The position numbers were made by a program, and so were the translations under genes. This document shows, in pieces, positions 36,484 through 47,100 of a stretch of 64,000 nucleotides of DNA (the stretch's first letter is position 1; each line of letters starts with the position of its first letter). The stretch lies in assembly GCA_016280915.1 (NCBI GenBank), contig JAEEHQ010000036.1:29269-93268 (forward strand), read 5' to 3'. The notes beneath the pieces were generated by a model. The model was given only the letters and a program-made list of their open reading frames with translations. It ran no database searches and was not told where the DNA came from. The DNA is from Bacteroidales bacterium (GTDB lineage Bacteria > Bacteroidota > Bacteroidia > Bacteroidales > P3).

Positions 36484-39400
36484 TTAGTTTCTTATCACTT
36501 TGGTTGTCTGGGTGAGCACTTCGCCCGATTTGGTGGTGAGCATCACGCGGGCTACGTATATGCCATTTGCCACTTGGTCACCATTGTCTGAACGGAAATC
36601 CCACGGTATAGTAATCACACAGCTGTTGTCCAAAAGGGTAGGGGTGAACTGTCGCACGTGGCTGCCTCGTATATCGTAGATATCCACGATAGCCGACTGC
36701 ACCGCGTTGGTCAAGTTGTGCTCGATGCGTAGAGTGGTGCGGTCGTGGGCGGGGTTGGGTGCCGAAGTGAATTGACCAATGCGTTTCGTTCGGTCGTTGA
36801 CCACCACAAAGTCAATGGTGGCGCTACCCGAATAGTTGAAAATGTTCCAGCATTTCACCGTCAAGGTGTGTGGACCCTCTTCCAGTTTGCCCAGGGTGTA
36901 GTACACCTCGCCGTTGCGGCTGTCCTCAATGTCGGGCTCATAAAAATCGTTGAGGGTGACGGTGCTATAGGGGTTGCCGTCGATGACGGCGGTGATATCG
37001 TGTCCGATGCCGCTACCTGCCGCATTGATGCCGACAGAGTCGGATAGGTGGGCATAAAGTGTGGGTGTTTCGTTGGTGATTCCGCCATTGCGGAAATGGG
37101 TGTCGTTGATGTAAAGCTCCACGGTGGGGTGCAATTCCGTCAGCTCGGTTTCTTCGTTGAAACCGCCAAACATAATGTTGCCATACTGACCGGTGGCATC
37201 ATTGTTGTCGCTTCGGGCGTAATGCGACAGCTTGGCGTAGTCGTAGTGGTATGCCACGTCCCTCGGTATGATAAAGGAATAGGTGAATCGGCCGTTGCTC
37301 ACCATTTCTCGACCTTTGTAGAGTATGTTCTTCTGTTGGTAGAATTCCACCTCGGTGCTGTCGTTGTCGTTGGACAAGGTGTTACTTTTCACCTCGCGGT
37401 CAAAAACGATGGGGTAGATAGTACCGTTGAAATCCGATGCCAGTTCTCCGTCGCTGTTGCGTATCTCTCCTTCTACTGTCACGCGCGACAGCACCTCCAC
37501 CGAGTCTGTCACCCCGTCTTCCACATTGCGGCCGTTGATGCTGGTCACCACCACCTCTTTCTTGGGAATTGAAAGGTGCAAGGCGGGGTCGCCCAGCAAG
37601 GCGATACAATGCGACACCTGTACTTCGTTCTTGGCGATGCGCAGCGCATCGCCGATAGTGTTGTTGGGGTCGAGTGCGTAGATGCAAGCCCTACTGTTGA
37701 AAGGGTGTGAGTGGTGGATAGGGCGGGCGGCCGTGAGAATGCCGATGCCGGCCGCATCGGCCAACAAGAATGCCTCGGCACCACAGATGTCGTCCACCAG
37801 GTCGAAATGGCCGAATGAACAGGTGCTGGTGACAAAAAAAGTCAACCTGTCTCTATTGGTGTATTTGTCAATATCGGTAAACTCCATGTAGCGTTCTGTA
37901 CCGATATATTTGTCCGAGCCATGGCCAATGTAATTGAGTAGTAGAGTACCGTAGTTGAGGCGCTGTCGCAGCGCGTTGTTGACCTCGGGGTAATAGCTGC
38001 CGTCGGCTCCCGACTGCTGTAGGTAGGCGTCGGCAAAGATCTTGTCGATGTTTAGTTGGGGGTATTTCGCTTGAATGCTCCGAGCCATCTTTTCGGCATC
38101 GCTGGCAAAGACCGAGTCGCTGGGCACCGAGGGGTCAGCATCGTCAGCCAGCAGGGTCACGTAGTTGCGCCAGTCGCCTCGCACATTGCTTTGCTCGAAA
38201 TCTCGCTTGGTCATGTACCCCTCAATCTTGTCGACTAAATGCTCGGCTTCCGCAACTGTCTTAGCGGGAAGTCTGCCGATTCCCACCGAGAGCCTCCCCT
38301 CGTAAACACCTGCTGTGCCTTCCTCCAGATAGCCGTATATGTCGTCGCTGGGATAGGCCGCAATGTCGGTCAGCACCACGCTGGGATATTGGTAGGTGAC
38401 AACGGTACGTTGGCTCGAACCCATTATGTTGCGATTGTCGTATGTGCCTTTGCCAAAGAGCAGTAGGTAACGCGGACTCATCCCTGCGGGATCTTTTTTG
38501 CGCATGTTCAACATCATTTGGCGGATAGCCACAGGGTCGGGGCGGCCGGAAGAGTATTCGTTGAACACCTCTTCTTGGTTGACTACCAGAACATTCATGC
38601 CTTCCTCGGCTCTATGCAGATTGGCCAATTTCTCGGCCTGAGTCCTGAAGTCTTTGTGGGTAACAATGACGTAGTCAGCTACCTCTGTACCATGAATGTC
38701 TTGATTAACAATATTTTCTATGCCTGCTGGATGTAATGCATCTTCTTTTGTAAAGGCAATGAATGTCTTGGGCGCATCGGTGGGAGCAGCAAAGCTAAAC
38801 CCATTGTTGCCAGATGTTTGAATGGCAATCTCGCAGGGTTGGCTGGGTTCGGTCACATCCCAAAGACGCATCCCACTGGTGTAGCCTGTGCCAACAAACT
38901 GGCTCACAGAACCTTCCTGTATCTGTTGTTTGTTGCGTATGAATTGCTGTCCACTCAAGTATGATAGTGGCACGATGGCGTTCAGCTCAATAAAGTCGAG
39001 GTAACCGGTTGCGCTGTTCTCTCTGGGGGTGTAGGCGATGTTCAGGCTCACCTCATTGCTGTTGGTTGAAGAAAGGTTTCGCTTGAAAATGCTGTAGGTG
39101 GTGTTGGCGTCAAAGTTGTTGGTCCATGTTTCACTACCCGATTGAAAACCAAATTGTCCCGAATAATCCGATAGATGTGCCAGGCCGTATCGGGCTTCGA
39201 TGGTGCCTGCGCTGGGGGCCGATGGCAGGAGTAGCGTGTAGGAGCGGGAGGAGAAGCTGCTGGTGAATTTGTCCGCCATCCATAGTTCGCCACCCTCTAC
39301 AGGGTTAATTTTGTCTTCGTGAAGGAGTGCAACGGCAGTATAAATGCTGATGGAATTGGATGTGTTGGGGGTGAAAGTAGGGTGCTGAAGTCGCAAAGAG

Positions 39401-39861
39401 GAGTCAATCTGCGTGTAGGTAGTTGTGAGGTAATAATAATTATAGTTCGCATACGCATGCGAACTATATTCAAATAGTTGGTCGCTATTCATGTAGCGCC
39501 ACACGCTGGGTCCCTCGCCATAGAAGAGGATAAAGTCGTCCATCTCAAAAGTACCGTTTCCGTTCATGTCCACCACCTCTATGGCAGCAGCCACCATATC
39601 GTCGGGATGGGCGGCTTTATTGCTCACCGCGAGCATGCCTCCTGGGGAACCGAAAAGAGCAATGTTGCTGCACGGTGTTCCGTAGAGGCTTGCCACATCG
39701 GCAGTAGTGATGATGTAAACCCCTGTCGAAGCAACAGGTATCTTATACCATTCTCCCGATGCCAATTTAGAGTGTTCGGCATATTGGCTCTGGGCAACAG
39801 CCTCTGTGCCACACAGAAGCCCAGCAACGAGGATGCAGGTGAGTAGTTCTCTTATGCGCAT
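36484..39861 (-). CDS. porU: T9SS C-terminal signal peptidase / sortase PorU
   Basis: 1125 aa. The N-terminus 'SKLASGEWYKIPVASTGVYIIT', a gingipain-like peptidase C25 core, and its own CTD-like C-terminus ('...IYDIRGSHVRQF...NGIYVARV...') are present. Confidence 0.85.
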   Translation of the reverse strand: MRIRELLTCILVAGLLCGTEAVAQSQYAEHSKLASGEWYKIPVASTGVYIITTADVASLYGTPCSNIALFGSPGGMLAVSNKAAHPDDMVAAAIEVVDMNGNGTFEMDDFILFYGEGPSVWRYMNSDQLFEYSSHAYANYNYYYLTTTYTQIDSSLRLQHPTFTPNTSNSISIYTAVALLHEDKINPVEGGELWMADKFTSSFSSRSYTLLLPSAPSAGTIEARYGLAHLSDYSGQFGFQSGSETWTNNFDANTTYSIFKRNLSSTNSNEVSLNIAYTPRENSATGYLDFIELNAIVPLSYLSGQQFIRNKQQIQEGSVSQFVGTGYTSGMRLWDVTEPSQPCEIAIQTSGNNGFSFAAPTDAPKTFIAFTKEDALHPAGIENIVNQDIHGTEVADYVIVTHKDFRTQAEKLANLHRAEEGMNVLVVNQEEVFNEYSSGRPDPVAIRQMMLNMRKKDPAGMSPRYLLLFGKGTYDNRNIMGSSQRTVVTYQYPSVVLTDIAAYPSDDIYGYLEEGTAGVYEGRLSVGIGRLPAKTVAEAEHLVDKIEGYMTKRDFEQSNVRGDWRNYVTLLADDADPSVPSDSVFASDAEKMARSIQAKYPQLNIDKIFADAYLQQSGADGSYYPEVNNALRQRLNYGTLLLNYIGHGSDKYIGTERYMEFTDIDKYTNRDRLTFFVTSTCSFGHFDLVDDICGAEAFLLADAAGIGILTAARPIHHSHPFNSRACIYALDPNNTIGDALRIAKNEVQVSHCIALLGDPALHLSIPKKEVVVTSINGRNVEDGVTDSVEVLSRVTVEGEIRNSDGELASDFNGTIYPIVFDREVKSNTLSNDNDSTEVEFYQQKNILYKGREMVSNGRFTYSFIIPRDVAYHYDYAKLSHYARSDNNDATGQYGNIMFGGFNEETELTELHPTVELYINDTHFRNGGITNETPTLYAHLSDSVGINAAGSGIGHDITAVIDGNPYSTVTLNDFYEPDIEDSRNGEVYYTLGKLEEGPHTLTVKCWNIFNYSGSATIDFVVVNDRTKRIGQFTSAPNPAHDRTTLRIEHNLTNAVQSAIVDIYDIRGSHVRQFTPTLLDNSCVITIPWDFRSDNGDQVANGIYVARVMLTTKSGEVLTQTTKVIRN

Positions 39862-39960
39862 ATTCTATATAACTCTCTTTCTTGTTTTTTATTGCATTAG
39901 TTTTTTTGTGCCACCGAATTGTTTGTCTTGCTTCGTGTTAATGCTTGAGGTGCTAGTGCT

Positions 39961-40827
39961 TTATATTATTAGGTTCCCTTTGGCAATAATTCTGGAGCAG
40001 CCACCCACAAAGATGCGTCCCTTGTCGTCCAGTTGGGTCGTTACCACGCTGGGGCGTAGCATCGCTTCGCCTTGAATAAAGTTGCTTTCACCTGGTTGGG
40101 AGACAATGCCGTTTACGTGCAAATAGTGCCTCAGTGCCGCATTGGCTGTGCCTGTGGCCGACTCTTCGTTGACGCCATACAGGGGTGCAAAGTTCCGCAC
40201 ATGGGCCACGCTACTGTCGTTTGTCCCTCGGGTGAGGGCAAAGGCATGCACACCTACCACGTTTTTCTCGCGACTGTAGTCGCTCAGGGCATCCATGTCA
40301 GGGTGTAGCGCATTCAGCTCTTCAAGGCTTTCAACAGGTAGTATGATGTCAGGAAGTCCGGTAGAAACGATGGCTATCGGCAGCCGAGGAAGCATTGCCG
40401 TCATTATGCGGCATAGGCGCTCTACCTCTTCTGGGTTGTCTATGGTGGCTATTAGCTTTGGCTCTGCCATCTGCATCATCACCCTTTCTCCTATCTGTAC
40501 AGACAAATCGCCTGCAAGCGTGTGGTTTATGCATGTTTCGCCGTTGGGGGCCAAACCTTCTTGCCGCAGCACCCCAAACGTGGCAATCGTTGCGTGACCG
40601 CAGAGGTCCACTTCCCTCCGTGGGGTGAAATAGCGGGTGGTGTACTCGGTGGGACTTTTACATTGCACGAAGGCTGTCTCTGAGTAGCGCAACTCTGCCG
40701 CAACTTGCTGCATCAGCTCTTCTGAAGGGAAAGGTGCATCTTCTTGGCCCAGCAGCACAACACCTGCCGGATTGCCGCCGAAAGGTTGGTCGGTAAAAGC
40801 GTCTACAATAAAATAGCGGTATTCCAT
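39961..40827 (-). CDS. PhzF-family isomerase
   Basis: The ATG is at 40825-40827; the track start is the GTG one codon upstream. 'FIVDAFTDQPFGGNPAGVV...ELRYSETAFV...DLCGHATIA'. Confidence 0.85.
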   Translation of the reverse strand: MEYRYFIVDAFTDQPFGGNPAGVVLLGQEDAPFPSEELMQQVAAELRYSETAFVQCKSPTEYTTRYFTPRREVDLCGHATIATFGVLRQEGLAPNGETCINHTLAGDLSVQIGERVMMQMAEPKLIATIDNPEEVERLCRIMTAMLPRLPIAIVSTGLPDIILPVESLEELNALHPDMDALSDYSREKNVVGVHAFALTRGTNDSSVAHVRNFAPLYGVNEESATGTANAALRHYLHVNGIVSQPGESNFIQGEAMLRPSVVTTQLDDKGRIFVGGCSRIIAKGNLII

Positions 40828-41106
40828 CACTTATATTTTTTTATTCCATAACGCTATTTTCTGTTTTTTATTGTCCTCATGGTCTCCGTGTCCAAGGCTT
40901 TCCTTTCATAAACAATTGTGGTTTCGTAACTCTTGCACGATTGTGAAGGGATGGTGCGTGCTGTACGAAACTCATTGATTCTTACGTTGCGTGATTTGCT
41001 AATCCTGGTTGTTGCTTTAGCGTCTTGCCACAGAATTGGGTTCAGGGTGAAGAGCTGTTGGCTATTTGGGGTTGTGTCAAGGCATGGCCGCTTAGGCAAA
41101 AGAAAA

Positions 41107-41131
41107 GAGGGCGACCGTTGTGGCCGCCCTC
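41107..41131 (-). terminator. Rho-independent terminator of the giant cargo gene
   Basis: GAGGGCG pairs with CGCCCTC. On the minus strand it is followed by TTTTCTTTTG. Confidence 0.6.
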
Positions 41132-41163
41132 ACAAATAGGGTTAGTGTTCGTTGAAGTAAAGG

Positions 41164-44100
41164 TTACTTCACGATAAGTTTGCGAACGGCAGTTCCCTGC
41201 TTGCCAGTGACACGGACGAAATAGGTGCCTTGTGCATAGCCCTGCAGGTCTATGGTCACATTGTCGTTGTTGGCAGTAGTGTGGAACGTTTGGCGGCCGT
41301 TGATGTCTAGGATGGTAACCGTGGCTCCGTTTTCAATACCATTGAGGCTGACAACGTTGCTGGCGGGATTGGGGAAGAGTGTGAAATCGGCTGTGACAAC
41401 ATCGTCAATGCCTACAGGCTGCTGTTTGAAGAGGACCTCGATTTCGGTGTTCTCGTTGATCGTGAAGGTGTAGGGGTTGGTGAAGATGGTGTCGGTAGAG
41501 CCGGAGAACAGCCAGCCGTTGAAGAGGTATTCGGCTTCAGGAGTGGCGGTGATGGTCACTTCGCTGCCGGCATCGTATATGCCGTTGCCCGTGGCCTGAC
41601 CTTGGAAGGGATTGTAGTCTAACTGAAGAGTGTAGCGCTGGACAAAATTGGCAACAATGGCCATGTCGCTGTTGACCTGGAAGGTGTAGGGGTTGTCGGT
41701 GCTGAGGCGTTCTTCGCCGATATACCATCCGTCGAAGCGTGCAATGCCGTGGGTGGAGGCACTGACAGTGATACTCTGGCCTTCGGCCACTAGGGTGTCT
41801 CCTGAGGGTGATGGGTGTCCGAGGTTGTTGTCAGAGGAAGAAATGTTGACGGTATAGTAGACTATGTCTTGCTCGAAGACGGCAGTCAGGGTGATGTCGT
41901 TGTTGACAATGAAGGTGTAGGGGTTGTCTGTGCTCACCTGGGAGCTTCCGTCGCTCCAGCCCACAAAGTGGTAGCCGTCGTTGGCAGTGGCCGTTGCGGT
42001 GAAGGAACTGTTCTCGACAATCGAGGTCACTCCGGCAGGGCTGACAGAACCCATGGTGCTGTCGGAAGACAGCAGGGTGACGTCATAGTAGGTTGGTGGC
42101 AACCCGGTGGAGATGAGTCTGAGGTCGTCGATGTGGAAGTCGTTGTCGGTGTTGACGAGGACAGACTCACCATAGAAGGCGATGCGAATGGTCTGGCCCA
42201 TGAAGGAGGTCAGGTCGATGGCTACGGAGTCGGGGGTGTTGGACACAGAGTCAATCTGCACATCGGCATCTGCGCCGTGGCCAAAGGTGTAGAGAGGTGT
42301 CCATGTGGTGCCACCGTTGGCAGTGACCAATACCATGAAACGGTCGTCAGAACCAATGGAATCAATGGGTTCGGCGTTGTTGTATTTGGTCAGCGCATAG
42401 CGGAAGGAGAACTCGGCAGGAGTACTGAGTGTAAATGAGGGTGTTGCCAACCAACGGTAGTTGTTGTTGCCGTAGATGTTGCAGCGCAAGTGTGTCGACC
42501 CCATGGCATAGCTGTTGAGGGCGAAGATGTCGGAAGTGGCAGGTTCGCTGGTGACAGTGTTGGTGGAGTCGATGTAGCGGCCGCGGAACATATCCCAGCA
42601 GGGCAGATAGCCATTAGTGTATATGTTGCTGGTGCCAGCGGGAATGCTGCTAAAGTCCTCGGTCCAGGGGAGGGTGGTAATGGAAGCACAGAGTGTCTGG
42701 AAGGCAACGTTGATGGGAGCCGTGACGTTTCCGTCGGGACAGAGGGAACTGACGCTGACGGTGTAGTTAGTGGCAGGTGTCAGACCTGTAAGAGACAGGG
42801 TTTGGGAAGTGATGTCGGTGGTGTCGGTTCCGTTAACGACGATGCGGTAGTTGTTGTTGTTAGTGGTGTCGGTGATGGTGATGTCGACACTATAAGCAGT
42901 GATGTTGCTGACTGTAACAGCACCAGGACGATGGCAGTTGGGTGCGATGAGCACGCTGAAATCGTCAAGATAGAGACTTGTGTAGCTTCCGTTATAGCGG
43001 AGGGCGATAAGGCCGGTGGCGTTGTTGGGGAAGCGAGTCTCAAAGGTCTGGTAGGTGCTGCTGGAGGTATTGGTGCAGCTTTGCAGCGACACGAAGGAGC
43101 TGGCGTTGGTGGGGTCGGTCAAATAGCCGACTTCGACACCTGCGGTGCTGGAGCTAGTCTTCATCATGCTGAAAGTGAAGAGGAGGTTGGCAAGGCTGTC
43201 GGCAAAGGGCGGCAGGGCAAGAATAGTAGCTGCGCTAGAAGAGCTGTAGAAGGTGAGGCACTGGCTGCCGCTGTTGGGATAGCTAGCATTGGTGTTGATG
43301 TAGGGGTAGTTGTCCGAGTAGCGGTTCAGTATGGTCCAGCAGGGGTCGTTGAAGGCACTGGTGGACGAGGAGTAGGTGGCCCCGGTGTAACCCTCGAAGC
43401 CTTCGCTCCATGGCAGCATGGCAGTGGTGATGAGGCTGCAGGCGGTGGTGAAGGTGGCTGAGGAACTGTTGCTGACTTCGTTGCCAGAGCAGATGGTAAC
43501 AGCCGTGAGAGCATAGGCGGTGTTGTAGGTGAGACCGGTGAGTGTAATGGTGTTTCCAGTAACCTCTATGCTGTCGGTAGGTGAGGTGAAGAGGCGGTAG
43601 TGGTTGGTGTTGTTGGCATCGGTAAGGGTAACCGTGGCACTGGTGTCGGTGATGTTGCTTACAGTAATGACAGGTGAGCTGCATACGGGTGCATAGTCAA
43701 CTTCAATATCGTCGACCCACCACCAGTAGTTGGCGTTGTTCAACTGTGAGATGGCAATGCGTGACCCCGCGGGAGCACCGGCAAAGTATACTTCCACTTG
43801 TTGATAGGTGGTGTAGTCTGCGCAGTTAAACGAAGCGGTCTGGACAAACGAGCTGCTGTCGGTGGGGTTGGTCAGATAGCCCACGCGGAGAAGTCCGGGG
43901 TTGGTGCCGTTCTCAGCCACAATCCACATGGAGAGTCTGAGGCGCTGGATGCTGTCTTCGAAATAGGGAAGGACGGAGAAGTTGGGGGTCTGGCAGTTGC
44001 CGTTGAAACGAAGGGCTTTGCTGCCGCTGTGGACGCGGGAAGAGGTGCTGACGACGATTACCTTGCTGTTGCTGTTGCTGTTGGCTATGTAGCTCCAGCA

Positions 44101-47100
44101 GGGCAGGTTGTTGGTCAGGTCGGTGGCCATATTCTCGAAACCTTCGTTCCAAGGCAATGAATCGATGGCATCGCAGGGGGTGCTGAACTGAGCAATGAGG
44201 GGGAAGTGGCTGTAGCCGTCGGCGCAGTTGGCCACGACAGCAACTGTATAGTTGGTGTTGGCCGATAAGCCGGTGAGATTAACCAAAGTGTCGGTAGCAA
44301 TGAGGGTGTCGACTATGGTGCCGTAAGCGAGCGCAATGGTATAGTTGCCAGTGGTCTGAGCTCCGTTGATGTGCAACTGGGCCGAGGTGGTGGTTAGGTT
44401 GCTTAAGGAGATGCTGGCAGGTCTTGCACAAGAGGGTGTCACGCGCAACTCGACATCATCGAGGTAGAAACCGCGGTACTGGTCGGCATAGAAACGGATA
44501 GCCACAAAACGTCCAGTGTCGCTGTATTGGCTAAGGTCGGTAGTGTAGTAGTTCCAGGAGTTGTTGAAAGAAACGGTTTCGAGGACGGAGAAGGTAGCGG
44601 TGTCGGTCGGGTCGGTCATGACGCCGATTTTGACATCTGCAGTGTAGCTGCCAGCCGTTTTGGCAAAGTAGGAGAACTGCAGGTTGCTAAGGCTTTCCAC
44701 TTCGGGCAGAACGAGGTATTCGATGGTCTGGCTGGTGTTGAAGTAAACCACCTTGGAAGAGGTGCCCCCAAAGCCTGTGGTGCTATAGATCTGGGGGTAG
44801 GAGGTGTATGAGGTTCCATAGTTGTGGCGTGTCCAGCAGGGAATGTCGTTCAGTGAGGTGGCGAAGCTTTCGAAATCTTCGGTGTAAGGCAGGTCGTTGA
44901 CGGTCAGGACGGCACAGGCGGTACGCGTCTGGGTAGTGAGGGCGGAGGTGTAGCCGCCGTCGTAGCATTCGGTGCGTACTTCGATGGTGTAAGGACGGTT
45001 GGGCATCAAGTAGTTGAATGTCCAAGAGGTGTCTGTGGAAGAGGCGGAGTCGACGATGGTGTCGTTGTGGAAGATTCGATAGTCGTAGGAGTTGCCTTCG
45101 TTGCCGGAGACGCTGACGGTGATGGATGTGGTGGTCACATCAGACACGGCAATGCTGGTGGGCATTTCGCAGGAAGGCAGTGCATGAACGTCCACTTCGT
45201 CCACAAACCAGTACCAGTTGGTGGAGGCTGAGTTGTGACGCATGGCCATGCGGGAACCCGTGGGAGCATTGACAAAGGATACCAGTTTCTGTTGGTATTC
45301 ATTGTTGAAATCGCTGTAGTCATAGTGCTGCACGCTGACGAAGGTGGTGGTGTCGGTTGCTGAGGTCAGGTAACCTACGTCGAAGGAACCGCTATTACTG
45401 GATGTGCCTTCGGGGCGTGTTTGGAACTGGAGTTCGAGGCCGCTGATATCGTCGGAGAACTCAGGCAGTACGACATAGGTGCTGCGGTTGGCAACACCAG
45501 GATAGAACACCAAGCTGTAGCCGGAATCGCCATAACGGTAGCTGGAACCGCTCAGCGACATGTGGGCTCCGGGGTTACTCTTGATGAGACCCCAGCAGGG
45601 TATCATCTCGCCAACCATTTCGTTGGGATATGAGGTGAAGAGGCTGGCGTAGCTGTTGAAGTCTTCGTGCCAAGGCAGGGTGCTGATAATGTCGCAGCCG
45701 GTGCGGAAGCTGACGGAGGTGGGGTCGGTCATGGTGTAGTCGTTGCAGATGGTGCGGACGCTTACGGTGTAGGCGGTGCTGGGGGTAAGGTCGGTCATTT
45801 GGTAGATGGTATCATACCATTCCACGCTGTCGGTGGCCGAAAGGTAAATCATGTAGTGATTGATGCCGTTTGCATCGTTGATGATGATATCGGCACTGGT
45901 GGTGCTGATGTTGCTGGCTACCACAGAAGAAGGACTGGTGCAGCTAGGTAGGGCACTGACGGTGATGTCATCGATGTAGCTGTAGCTTGTAGAGCCACCG
46001 GCATAGCGGATGGCGATAAGGCCGGAATATTGGTTGGCAAAGGTGGTCTGGCAATGTTCCCAAGCCGAAGAGCTGGCAGGGGTGATTGTCTGCAATGCAA
46101 CAAACGAGTTGGCGTCCATCGGGTTGCTGATGATGCCAACCTGTACGGGCTGTCCGTAAAGCCAGAAATCGAGCATAAGGTTGTTCGGGGTCTCCTCAAA
46201 GTGAGGCAGCGAAACGATGGTGGCAGGGCTGCTGTAACTGTATATGGCCAGACTGTTAGAGTCTGTGTGTGCCTGGCTGGTGCTGAAGTACGGGTAGCTA
46301 CTGCTGTAGCGGTCGAGGACGCCCCAGCAGGGGATGTTCATGGCGCTGCTGCTCGAAGAGTAGGAACTGCCGGCGTAGCCTTCAAAGCCTTCGAAGAAGG
46401 GCAGGCTGTCGGTAGGAAATGCCGTGCAGGCGGTCTGGAACTGCAGGCTGAGCGTGCTGGTGCTGCCACCGTCGCTGCAGTTGGCCGTCATGCTGACAGT
46501 GTAGAGCGTGTTGGGCGTCAGCGAGTAGAAGGGAACCACGGTGCTGAAGGCCTCGATGCTGTCCACCATGGCAGAGTCGTTGTAGACTTTCACGGTGTAG
46601 CTGATGGCATCGCCTATGGTGTCTATGATGTGCAACTCGGCTTCTTGGTCGGTGATGTTCTGCATGACAATGTCCGTAGGACGGGCACAAGAGGGAGTGG
46701 TGAGCACGGTGATGTCGTCGATGTAGGCAGTGCCGTAGCTCGAACCGTTGTAACGGAAAGCGATATAGCCGGAGGTGATACCGTCGAATGTCACATCGTA
46801 CATGTTCCAACTGTTGGTTGTGGCGGGGGCGCAGTTCTGCACAGCCACAAAGGTGTTGGGGTCGTTAGGATTGCTCATGACACCCACCTGCATGGACTGT
46901 CCGTAGAGCCAGAAATTGAGCATGAGGCTGCTGGGACTGTCCTCGAAAAGGGGCAGGGCCACAACGGTGGGGGTAGTGTTGGAGGTATAGATGGCCATAC
47001 TGTTGTTGCCGCTGTGGTGCTGAGAGGTGGAGAAGTAGGGGTAGTTTTGGCTGTAGCGGTTGGTAACAGCCCAGCAGGAGAGGTTCATGGCCGTGCTCGA

